NCBI GenBank assembly: GCA_046318155.1
Contig: JBKCUU010000086.1
Span: 1-61,253 of the forward strand
DNA length: 61,253 nucleotides
Origin: Bdellovibrio sp.
GTDB taxonomy: Bacteria > Bdellovibrionota > Bdellovibrionia > Bdellovibrionales > Bdellovibrionaceae
Direction: 5' to 3'
Numbering within the stretch: position 1 is the first letter of the stretch; each line of letters begins with the position of its first letter. Below, in pieces: positions 31,200 through 39,856 of the stretch. Below the pieces are notes generated by a model. That model was not told where the DNA came from, did no database searches, and was given only the letters and a program-made list of their open reading frames with translations. A program made the position numbers and the translations under genes.

Positions 31200-32333
31200 A
31201 TGACCAGCCTTGTGCGAACGCCACCGCCGCCCTTTTTTTTGCAGACCGAAGCTGACGTCACCGCCCTTTTTCATTCCATCGATCTGAACCCCGACAAACT
31301 GGAACGCAAGTTTCCCGAGTGGCTGCTCCTCCGAAAACTCGCCGTTGATTTGGTTCGCTCCGGCCGCGCGCAAGTTTTAGGCACCTCCTCAAATGGGCGC
31401 GCCGAACTCCCACTTTTAGGATTTCAATTTGGCAATCCAGATCCCAAGGCACCCGTCCTTGGACTTTTTGGCGGCGTTCATGGGATCGAGCGCATTGGAA
31501 GCCAAGTGGTTTTGAGTTTGATGAGTTCTTTTTCGGAACTCATCGTCTGGGACCGTTTGCTGCAAGAAGCACTTTCGAAAATGCGCATCGTTTTTTTTCC
31601 GATCGTGAATCCGTGGGGTCTGTATCACCAGACGAGGTCGAACCCACGCGGCGTGGATTTGATGCGAAATGCACCGATCGAGGCCCTTGAAAATCCCACT
31701 TGGCTAGTCAGCGGCCAGCGGTTTTCGCCAAGACTTCCGTGGTACCGCGGACAACCAGGTCACCTCGAACCAGAGGCGCAAGCTTTGGTCGACTTTGTCA
31801 GAGCCCAATCGTTTGCCTCCTCGCGGGTGATTCATTTGGATTTTCATTCGGGGTTTGGGACTTCGGATCAGATTTGGTTTCCCTTTGCCAAAAGCACCAA
31901 GCCCTTTCCACACTTGCCTGAGTTTCATGCGCTGAAAGAGGCCTTTGAGAAAACGCACCCCCATCACTTTTACAAGATCGAGCCTCAGGCCAAAAACTAC
32001 ACCACACACGGCGACCTTTGGGATTTTCTTTACGAGGATTACTACCGACAAAAGGGGACAGGCGAGGGTGGCATTTTTCTTCCGCTCGCGGTCGAGATGG
32101 GATCTTGGATGTGGGTCAAAAAAAATCCGCTCCAACTCTTTTCGACACTCGGTCCTTACAATCCCATCGTTCCACACCGGAAACGGCGGATTTTGCGCCG
32201 GCACAATACGCTGTTTGATTTTATGATTCGCGCGCTGGTCTCGTCTGAAGTTTGGGTGCCGCGCCTTGAAGAGCAAAGACAAAAGCACCTTAGCCAAGCG
32301 CTGGATCTTTGGTATTCGCCGGTGACCAGATGA
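31200..32333 (+). CDS. M14-family zinc carboxypeptidase-like protein
   Basis: GVHGIE (HxxE), VNPWG, RSNPRGVDLMRN, EPE, LDFHSG. Confidence 0.8.
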   Translation: MTSLVRTPPPPFFLQTEADVTALFHSIDLNPDKLERKFPEWLLLRKLAVDLVRSGRAQVLGTSSNGRAELPLLGFQFGNPDPKAPVLGLFGGVHGIERIGSQVVLSLMSSFSELIVWDRLLQEALSKMRIVFFPIVNPWGLYHQTRSNPRGVDLMRNAPIEALENPTWLVSGQRFSPRLPWYRGQPGHLEPEAQALVDFVRAQSFASSRVIHLDFHSGFGTSDQIWFPFAKSTKPFPHLPEFHALKEAFEKTHPHHFYKIEPQAKNYTTHGDLWDFLYEDYYRQKGTGEGGIFLPLAVEMGSWMWVKKNPLQLFSTLGPYNPIVPHRKRRILRRHNTLFDFMIRALVSSEVWVPRLEEQRQKHLSQALDLWYSPVTR

Positions 32334-33094
32334 CAACCAAAACCGATGCCTGGATTTTGATTCGCGGCCTCGCCCGCAACTCTCAGCACTGGGGCGACTT
32401 CACGGTCAAATTTCAGGCGCAGTTTCCAAACGCCGAAATCGAAAAACTCGATCTCGCCGGCAATGGCCACGAGGCGGACCGACCCAGTTATCTCACTTTG
32501 CTCAAGAACGTCGAGGACCTACGAAAAAGATCTCGCCTGGTGGGGTCGGGACGCAAAGTTTCGCTCTGCACGATTTCGATGGGTTCGATGGTGGCCATCC
32601 TCTGGGCCGAACTTTATCCTGATGAAATTGAGCGCATGGTCCTCATGAGCACCAGCAGCCGCAGGCACAGCACATTTTTTGAGCGTCTAAGACCTGCCAA
32701 TTACCTGCGTTTTTTGCGCATGATCGCGGATGGTCGAAATCTCTTCTTGCGCGAAAAAGAGGTGATCAAGATGACCACGACGATCGTGCAGAATATCGAT
32801 GAACTGGCCGCTCGAAACGCCCGCATTCCACCCACCTCGGTGTCTAATTTTTTTCGGCAGCTGTGGGCGGCCTCGCGATTCAAGCTTCCGGCCAAAGCTC
32901 CGGCAACTCCGCACCTCTTTTTGGTGGGCGATGGCGATGAACTTGTGAACTCTGTTTGTACAAAGAGGATCGCTCAAGCCTGGGGCTCACCCCTGGAGGC
33001 GCACCCGACGGCGGGTCACGATTTGCCACTGGATGCGCCCGATTGGATTGCTGATCGCATCAAAGCTTGGGTGCTTCGCACCTCAAGCTCTTGA
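32330..33094 (+). CDS. Alpha/beta hydrolase
   Basis: RGLAR oxyanion region, DLAGNG, TISMG nucleophile elbow, GDGD, AGHD. ATGA overlap with the upstream gene. Confidence 0.82.
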   Translation: MTTKTDAWILIRGLARNSQHWGDFTVKFQAQFPNAEIEKLDLAGNGHEADRPSYLTLLKNVEDLRKRSRLVGSGRKVSLCTISMGSMVAILWAELYPDEIERMVLMSTSSRRHSTFFERLRPANYLRFLRMIADGRNLFLREKEVIKMTTTIVQNIDELAARNARIPPTSVSNFFRQLWAASRFKLPAKAPATPHLFLVGDGDELVNSVCTKRIAQAWGSPLEAHPTAGHDLPLDAPDWIADRIKAWVLRTSSS

Positions 33095-33096
33095 TA

Positions 33097-33900
33097 CTAA
33101 GAAATCAGCTTGGGCAAACCTTGGCGGATCAAATCGAGCGCGATTTGGATTTTCTTTTGTACGGCTTCAGCCTCGATCGGCTTAAACGCCTTGGTCACTT
33201 CATCCATATAAAGAGCGCGGCTGATTTCGACCTGGACGCAGTGTTGGCCTTTGGCGGGAGCGCCGTACTGCTCTGTCACGCGTCCGCCATAGTAGGGCCA
33301 ATTGTATCCAACTTTAAAACCGGCGCGGACATAGCTGTTAATAATGAGGTCGACGTAATCGGGGCGCGAAGATTTTCCGCGGCTGTCACTGACCACAATT
33401 TCGGCGCGTCTTTCGCCGGGATCGCGGTGCTCTTCGGTTCCTCGCGAGGGCATCGAATGCACGTCTAAGTGAAAGACCTCACGCGCGCCTTGCTTACTAA
33501 ATTTTTCGTAATGATTACGAATGCTTTGATGAAAGGGTTCGTAAATCAATTGAACCAACTTTCGATGCATCTCGAGGGTCATCGGTTCACCCATCAAAGC
33601 TTGGCGCGTGGTCGTCATCACCCAATGAAAGCCGCGGCTGAATGTGCCTGCAGGGTTCGCCGATCCCACCACCGAAGAGGCATCAACATCACTGGGAACT
33701 CGGTTCATATCCGCGGCGTACCGGTGCCATTCGGTTTTCACAAAAGAAATCTGGTTGGTTTTTAAATAGGGTTCGTAAAGCCGGTCCACATAGCGATCGA
33801 CATCACACATGAGGATGGGCTCAGGAAGGTTTACTAGCCATGTGCAGAACTCAGGCACTTTTTCGCCCGAATGCGGGATTGTCACAAAAAAAGGAAACAT
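33097..33900 (-). CDS. N-formylglutamate amidohydrolase family protein
   Basis: TIPHSG, DRYVDRLY, ADMNR, YEPFH, DVHSMPS, NWPYYGG, QVEISRALY. Confidence 0.85.
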   Translation of the reverse strand: MFPFFVTIPHSGEKVPEFCTWLVNLPEPILMCDVDRYVDRLYEPYLKTNQISFVKTEWHRYAADMNRVPSDVDASSVVGSANPAGTFSRGFHWVMTTTRQALMGEPMTLEMHRKLVQLIYEPFHQSIRNHYEKFSKQGAREVFHLDVHSMPSRGTEEHRDPGERRAEIVVSDSRGKSSRPDYVDLIINSYVRAGFKVGYNWPYYGGRVTEQYGAPAKGQHCVQVEISRALYMDEVTKAFKPIEAEAVQKKIQIALDLIRQGLPKLIS

Positions 33901-34008
33901 CTCTTCTCCAAACTCAAGCGCCGCTGGGGATCTACCCCTCTCAGGATGCCAGGATTGACTTTACCTGACACCGTCCTAACATGAAAGAAGAGTTCAAGGA
34001 GCCCAGGC

Positions 34009-34566
34009 ATGAAGATTTATACAAAAACAGGCGACCAGGGCAAAACACGGTTGGTCGGCGGTTGCCTGGTGTCGAAATCAGATCTTCGCATCGAGTCGTA
34101 CGGCTCAGTTGATGAACTGAACAGCACGCTCGGACTCGCCATTGAAGAATTGCACACTTCTGCCCTTTTTACAGACAGGATCAAAGAGTTGATCCAAGTC
34201 CAGAATGAACTTTTTTGCCTTGGTAGCTTGCTCGCCTGCGAAGATCCCGAGATGTTTAAAAAACTGCCGCAAATTCCAGACGGCGCGATCTTGCGCCTTG
34301 AAGCTTCGATCGATCAGATGACGGCCAAACTTCCCGAGCTGCGAGAGTTTATCTTACCGGGCGGAACAAAAGCGGCCGCGATGATGCACATGTGCCGCAC
34401 GATTTGCCGGCGCGCTGAACGCAATACGGTTAAACTTTATGAGGCGCACCCTGAAGTTGAGCCCGCTTTAATTTACCTAAACCGCTTGAGTGACTATTTT
34501 TTTACGGCCGCACGCGCCTGCAACTTTGAACTCGGCCACCGCGAACAAATTTGGGAGAAGTCATGA
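34009..34566 (+). CDS. ATP:cob(I)alamin adenosyltransferase (PduO-type)
   Basis: MKIYTKTGDQG, YGSVDELNS, FILPGG, RTICRRAER, YLNRLSDYFF. Confidence 0.92.
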   Translation: MKIYTKTGDQGKTRLVGGCLVSKSDLRIESYGSVDELNSTLGLAIEELHTSALFTDRIKELIQVQNELFCLGSLLACEDPEMFKKLPQIPDGAILRLEASIDQMTAKLPELREFILPGGTKAAAMMHMCRTICRRAERNTVKLYEAHPEVEPALIYLNRLSDYFFTAARACNFELGHREQIWEKS

Positions 34567-35693
34567 AACTCGAGCGAGCGGGGCAAGAAAATGAAGCCGA
34601 ACTTCGTCAGTTTTTTGAACAGTTCTCCTTACACAGCGTCGTCGATCTTAAAATCCGTCGGCCTCACGATTTTTTTGCGCCCTACCGCTTGCAATCGGAT
34701 GATTATGAAACTCTTGTCTTGCGCGAAAAGGATGGCTCACTCCATGGCGTCGCCAGCTTTATCTACCGCGATGTCTTCTTTGAAGACAGCGTAAAAAAGA
34801 TTGCGATTGCCACCGATCTGCGCGTGCAGCCTTCGCGCAAGGCGATCCTGCAATGGTCACAGCACTTTCTCCCCGTTTTACGTGAAGTGATGAAAAGCCG
34901 CGGCGTGGATTCGGTTCAAAGTGTGATCAATACAGCCGACCCGATCGCGTTTAATGCCTTTGTTCGCCCTCGGCAATTGAAGCGGGCGTTTCCGCGTTAT
35001 CATTTGTACCGAAAGTTTGGCCTGGTGACTTTGCACGGCCGCCTGCCTTGGGCGCCGGCGCCGGTCAAAGGCCTTCGCATTCGCCAAGGCGAAGCGCGGT
35101 GGCAGGGACCTTTGGTCGAATATCTTTCGCGAAGGGCACCTTACCGCGCGTTTTGCTCGGCCTGGGACGAGGAGAGTTTTTTGAAAAAAATTGGCCGCAT
35201 GCCCGGGTTTCGAATTGAAGATCTTTGGATCGCCTTTGATTCCAACGAAAAAGTCGTGGGCACGATGGCGCCTTGGTCTCCGCTCGGAACCCAAGAGTAC
35301 TGCCCGCTCACCTACTCTTTGCGCGCGCACAATTTTCGGCAGTTCTTAAAATTTGGTCGTGGTTTAGGTTGGACACGAAGTCTCACAAAACCTCAAAGCC
35401 GAACGGGCGAAGAGGCTCCGCTCAAATTTCGTTTTCTGACCTTTGCTCAAGCTGACAACGAAGACATTTTCGAAAGCCTGCTGTGGATGACTTACGAGTC
35501 TATTCCCACTGACGAGTTTTTGGTGTACGCCCATTGCAAAACAGATTTCAAGATGAACCCGCCCAAAAGCTGGATCTCGGCCGAACTCCCCTTCGCTTTG
35601 TATTCCATCTCGCCACCCGAGGAACCACCGCCCTCCTTCGTGCACCCCACTCACTCCCTCAACCCCGAAATCGAAGCCGCCTACTTCTTCTAG
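34563..35693 (+). CDS. Hypothetical protein, possibly GNAT-fold
   Basis: Long ORF with ATGA overlap with the pduO-type gene. The N-terminal pattern (ATDLRVQP) is GNAT-like by eye only. Confidence 0.6.
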   Translation: MKLERAGQENEAELRQFFEQFSLHSVVDLKIRRPHDFFAPYRLQSDDYETLVLREKDGSLHGVASFIYRDVFFEDSVKKIAIATDLRVQPSRKAILQWSQHFLPVLREVMKSRGVDSVQSVINTADPIAFNAFVRPRQLKRAFPRYHLYRKFGLVTLHGRLPWAPAPVKGLRIRQGEARWQGPLVEYLSRRAPYRAFCSAWDEESFLKKIGRMPGFRIEDLWIAFDSNEKVVGTMAPWSPLGTQEYCPLTYSLRAHNFRQFLKFGRGLGWTRSLTKPQSRTGEEAPLKFRFLTFAQADNEDIFESLLWMTYESIPTDEFLVYAHCKTDFKMNPPKSWISAELPFALYSISPPEEPPPSFVHPTHSLNPEIEAAYFF

Positions 35694-35725
35694 TGCCTGC
35701 TTCCCTTTGCAGAAGCGTTGCGCAA
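35693..35725 (+). repeat. Left 33-bp inverted repeat flanking RAYT
   Basis: GTGCCTGCTTCCCTTTGCAGAAGCGTTGCGCAA, 32/33 identical to the reverse complement of 36439-36471. Confidence 0.9.
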
Positions 35726-35801
35726 AAATCGGACTCCACCATCAGCCAACTGCAAGCTGTGAAGCCTACGCACAAGATTCATCATTGCATGAATGACGAG
35801 C

Positions 35802-36437
35802 ATGCCCAGAAAACCATTCATTTGTAGCCCTGAAAATCCTTATCATTTAACCGCGCGAACGAATAATAGGACCCCATTCAGTTCAATGACGTCAGCTTGG
35901 TCGATCATGCAGAATTATTTATTCTTCATTCACCATGCGTACCGCGTGCAGATCATGAGCTTCGTTCTTATGGACAATCATTTTCATCTTCTCGCGCGGT
36001 TCCCAAATGCAAATGCGTCGGAAGCCATGAAGTACTTTATGCGGGAAACAAGTCGACAACTGTCCTATTTAGACGAAACTGAAAATCACAACTACGGCTC
36101 TCGCTTCTACCGGTCAGAAATTCGGAGTTATCATTATTTTTTAAATGCTTACAAATACGTTTACCAAAACCCTGTACGAGCTGGAATCTGCAACCACCCG
36201 GCAGAATACAAATACTCCACACTTAATGGATTGATCGGACGACAGTTGCTTTTGGTCCCCGTGCAAGAGGATCTCACACTTTTTAGCAGCATAGACTCGA
36301 CATTAAACTGGCTGAGCACCCCCGCAACAACCGCAGATGTCGAAGCAATTCAGATCGCGCTTAAAAAGCCCGTCTTCGAAATTTCCACCGATCGAACCAC
36401 GGGCAGAAAGCACGAACTTGAGACTCGTGCCCTGTAA
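35802..36437 (+). CDS. HUH/Y1 tyrosine transposase, REP-associated (RAYT)-like
   Basis: MPRKP, YHLTARTNNR, FVLMDNHFHLL (HUH), RFYRS, YVYQNPVRAG, YKYST. Confidence 0.88.
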   Translation: MPRKPFICSPENPYHLTARTNNRTPFSSMTSAWSIMQNYLFFIHHAYRVQIMSFVLMDNHFHLLARFPNANASEAMKYFMRETSRQLSYLDETENHNYGSRFYRSEIRSYHYFLNAYKYVYQNPVRAGICNHPAEYKYSTLNGLIGRQLLLVPVQEDLTLFSSIDSTLNWLSTPATTADVEAIQIALKKPVFEISTDRTTGRKHELETRAL

Positions 36438-36438
36438 G

Positions 36439-36471
36439 TTGCGCAGCGCTTCTGCAAAGGGAAGCAGGCAC
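36439..36471 (-). repeat. Right 33-bp inverted repeat flanking RAYT
   Basis: TTGCGCAGCGCTTCTGCAAAGGGAAGCAGGCAC, starting right after the RAYT stop codon. Confidence 0.9.
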
Positions 36472-36554
36472 CTGTCGTTGGTCGAGGTCTGGGGGGTTTT
36501 TTCGGTGACCCCGGAGCTTTTGGCCAGCTAGACTAAGAATCTACATCAAGGACG

Positions 36555-37499
36555 ATGGCACACGTGGATAAAATGAACCCGAAGAAAATTGCGAAGCGCC
36601 CTCCGCTGGAAGGATTGTATCCTTATATAGTCTTTTTGTTTTTAGGCTACTGTATCGCCGACCTTGTGGTCATCGAACTTCGCGGTCACATGATCCCCAA
36701 TTCGGTCCCACCGTCAAAGCCCGCGCAAATGCTTCCCGCTGACATGCTCTCTCGCGGAACCTTCACGCCCATCATCAGCCGCAACATTTTTACCGAAGAC
36801 GGCAGCATCCCCGACGCGCTTTCGGACAAGCAAGCCAAGTCCGAGCAAAAAGAAGAACCCAGAGATGCAACACCTGTTTTGTCGAGCCTGCCTCTGACTT
36901 TAATCGGGACCATCGTTCACAGCAACCCGGCCAAATCGATCGCCAACATTGAAGTGAAACCAAAATCCACCGTGATTGCAGTTCGTCCCGAGCAAGAAAT
37001 CGACACGCTCGCCGTTTTGGTGAGTGTGGAGCGCGGCAAGGTGATTATTCGCAATACCAACAACAGCCGACTTGAATTTATCGAGATTAAGGATCTCAAT
37101 AAGCTGAGCTTCAATGCACCCAAGGCGGCTGGCGCTGGCCCCAGCAAAGCCAAAGGAGAAGTTCAGCAAGTGGGCCAAAACAAATTTGAAATTAAACGCT
37201 CGGATATCTTAAAATACACGTCCGATATGTCCTCAGTTCTTCAACAGGCAGCCATGCAGCCGAGCCGTAAATCCACGGGTGAAATTGATGGCTTTAAGTT
37301 TGTGAGCATCCAGCCCGGCAGTATCTACAGCCAATTGGGATTTCAGGTCGGCGATAAAATCACCTGCGTGAACGACGAACCCGTCGATAGCCCGGCCAAA
37401 GCCATGGAAATGTACAACACCCTCAAGGGCTCAAGCAGCATCAAGATCTGCGTTGAGCGCGACGGACGCAAGCAAGACTTCGATTACACGGTCAAGTAG
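36555..37499 (+). CDS. gspC: Type II secretion protein GspC (PDZ-containing)
   Basis: N-terminal TM, IISRNIF, LTLIGT and a C-terminal PDZ (GFK...PGSIYSQLGFQVGD). Confidence 0.85.
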   Translation: MAHVDKMNPKKIAKRPPLEGLYPYIVFLFLGYCIADLVVIELRGHMIPNSVPPSKPAQMLPADMLSRGTFTPIISRNIFTEDGSIPDALSDKQAKSEQKEEPRDATPVLSSLPLTLIGTIVHSNPAKSIANIEVKPKSTVIAVRPEQEIDTLAVLVSVERGKVIIRNTNNSRLEFIEIKDLNKLSFNAPKAAGAGPSKAKGEVQQVGQNKFEIKRSDILKYTSDMSSVLQQAAMQPSRKSTGEIDGFKFVSIQPGSIYSQLGFQVGDKITCVNDEPVDSPAKAMEMYNTLKGSSSIKICVERDGRKQDFDYTVK

Positions 37500-37517
37500 C
37501 AAAAAGGAGATCCACGG

Positions 37518-39854
37518 ATGGGATCAACAACGTCACCCCTAAAGAGAATGATTCTTTTCGCCCTGGTGCTGATGCTCGCAGCGACGCCAGGTCATGCCCA
37601 ACTTGATGATCTTGGCGACACCTACAATGCGCCTCCTCCCATGGATGACTTTGTCCCACCTCCACCTGCCAGTGACTTTAGTCCTCCGAGCTCAGACACG
37701 GGCGGAGGAATTCCCTCGGCCGGCAGCAGCGCAGGTGGAGCTCCCCGTGCAGCCGATGACACCGGACTTATGGGCAAACGACAAAAAGAAAAATTTGCGA
37801 AAGCGCAAATCGAAGATATTACGAACCAAAACTTTCCGGAAGTGATCGACAGCTTTGATTACCCGAACGCAGATATCACCGATGTTGTGAAAGCGATCTC
37901 TGAATTGACCGGAAAAAACTTTATCATCGATCCCGGTGTTCGCGGAAAAATCACGATCATCGCGCCTTCAAAAATCACGGTGGCCGAGGCTTATAAGGCC
38001 TTCTTGTCTGCTCTGGCAATCAACGGTTACGCCGTTGTTCCGAGTGGAAGCTTCCTCAAAATCCGTTCGGCCCGAAATGCCCAGCGTGATGGCATTGATA
38101 CCTATTCTGGAAGCTACTACCCCAATTCAGATCAAATGATCACTCGAATCATCAACCTTAAGCACATCAATGCCGAAGCCGTGAACCGTGACTTGCGCAT
38201 CTTGACTTCAAAAGATGGTGAGATGTCGATCTACCCACCGACGAACTCGATCATCTTGTCGGATTACGGTTCGAACATCGAGCGCATCATGAAAATCATC
38301 TCGCAACTCGATGTTGCGGGCTTTGAAGATCAGCTCGAAGTGATCCCGATTAAATTTGCCAAAGCTAAAGACATCGCCGAGCTCGTGAATAAAATCGTCA
38401 ACAAAGGCGAAAACCAAGGCAACAATCGCGGCGGCACGTTCTCGGCCGGCGTTCCCCGCTTTACCCGCGCGGCAACAACCTCGGGAGCTCAAGGCTCCGC
38501 TTACTTCATGGTGATTCCTGATGAGCGTTCAAACGCGCTTGTCGTGACTGGAAACAAAGCCGGGATTGCACGAATTAAAAAACTTCTGACTCAGCTTGAT
38601 TTCAGAATTAAGCCTGAGGACGCAGGCGGCGTTTACGTCTATTACGTCAAAAATGGAGACGCCGAGAAGATCTCGCAAACTTTAAGCGGTATCGCCAAAG
38701 ATGCAGCTCCCAAGCCGACTTCGGGCGCGGGTGGCTCTCCGATCATTTCCCCGATCAGCGGGGTTCAAAGTGCTCAGCAAGAGATCTTTGGCGGCGATGT
38801 TAAAATCACGGCTGACAAAGGAACTAACGCGATCGTCATCGTTGCCAGCAAACAAGATTACGAAGTCGTTTTGAACTTGCTCAACAAGATCGACATCCCT
38901 CGCGATCAAGTCTTCGTCGAAGCCATCTTGATGGAAATGCGCATATTTGATTCGTCCGCATGGGAAATCGGTTACTTCAGATTTGACCAAAGCGGTTCGG
39001 GCGGAAAGATTGGCTACAACGGCATTAACGAAGCCTCGACTTTGACCACTATCATTACCACTCCTGCTGGCGGTAGCGGCGCGATCTTGGGCTTTGGCTC
39101 GAACGACACCGTGACCTTAAGGCCCCCCGGTGCAACGACGTCGACGACGATCAGCTCCTTGATCGGTTTCGTCAATTTTTTGAAAGCCAACGGAAATGCC
39201 AACATCTTGTCAAATCCCCAAGTGTTGGCGATGGACAATCAAGAAGCTGAGCTTGAGGTCGGTGATCGAGTCATCACCGGGGTTAAGACGACCGGCGCTG
39301 GAACGGCGGGGACAACACCCACCACAGAGCCGATCTTCGAAGACGCGACAATCAAACTCAAAATTAAACCCTTTATCTCGCCGGCGAGCAGCACGGTTCG
39401 AATGGAACTCTCGGCCAGTGTGAAACAGCTTTCTCAGGCAAGGACACCAGATGGCTTGCGAGCGACATCACAGCCCATCGCTACTCGTAGCGTAAAAACG
39501 ATGATCGTTGTTCCTAATAAAGACACCGCTGTTTTGGGTGGCTTGATGAAAGAGGACGACAATGAGTCGACGTCGAAAGTCCCGGTTCTTGGCGACATTC
39601 CCATCTTGGGGTGGTTGTTTAAATCACGCACGACAAGCCGTGAAAAAACAAACTTGCTGATGTTCCTCACACCGACGATCGTTCGCAACCAAGAAGACTC
39701 GCGGGGAGTGCTTGGCAAAAAGCTCGATCAGCGTTTAGACTACATTAAGTCCATGGGTGGACGTGATCCTTACGGCGAATCGGTTGAGCAAATTCAACGG
39801 CCCCGTGCACAGTCCGGTTCGCCAGAGGGACTTAATTCTGAGGGAGTTCAGTAA
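37518..39854 (+). CDS. gspD: Type II secretion secretin GspD
   Basis: ISELTGKNFIIDPGVRGKITI, N domains, QVFVEA, NILSNPQ, VLGGLM, KVPVLGDIPILGWLF. Confidence 0.95.
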   Translation: MGSTTSPLKRMILFALVLMLAATPGHAQLDDLGDTYNAPPPMDDFVPPPPASDFSPPSSDTGGGIPSAGSSAGGAPRAADDTGLMGKRQKEKFAKAQIEDITNQNFPEVIDSFDYPNADITDVVKAISELTGKNFIIDPGVRGKITIIAPSKITVAEAYKAFLSALAINGYAVVPSGSFLKIRSARNAQRDGIDTYSGSYYPNSDQMITRIINLKHINAEAVNRDLRILTSKDGEMSIYPPTNSIILSDYGSNIERIMKIISQLDVAGFEDQLEVIPIKFAKAKDIAELVNKIVNKGENQGNNRGGTFSAGVPRFTRAATTSGAQGSAYFMVIPDERSNALVVTGNKAGIARIKKLLTQLDFRIKPEDAGGVYVYYVKNGDAEKISQTLSGIAKDAAPKPTSGAGGSPIISPISGVQSAQQEIFGGDVKITADKGTNAIVIVASKQDYEVVLNLLNKIDIPRDQVFVEAILMEMRIFDSSAWEIGYFRFDQSGSGGKIGYNGINEASTLTTIITTPAGGSGAILGFGSNDTVTLRPPGATTSTTISSLIGFVNFLKANGNANILSNPQVLAMDNQEAELEVGDRVITGVKTTGAGTAGTTPTTEPIFEDATIKLKIKPFISPASSTVRMELSASVKQLSQARTPDGLRATSQPIATRSVKTMIVVPNKDTAVLGGLMKEDDNESTSKVPVLGDIPILGWLFKSRTTSREKTNLLMFLTPTIVRNQEDSRGVLGKKLDQRLDYIKSMGGRDPYGESVEQIQRPRAQSGSPEGLNSEGVQ

Positions 39855-39856
39855 GA

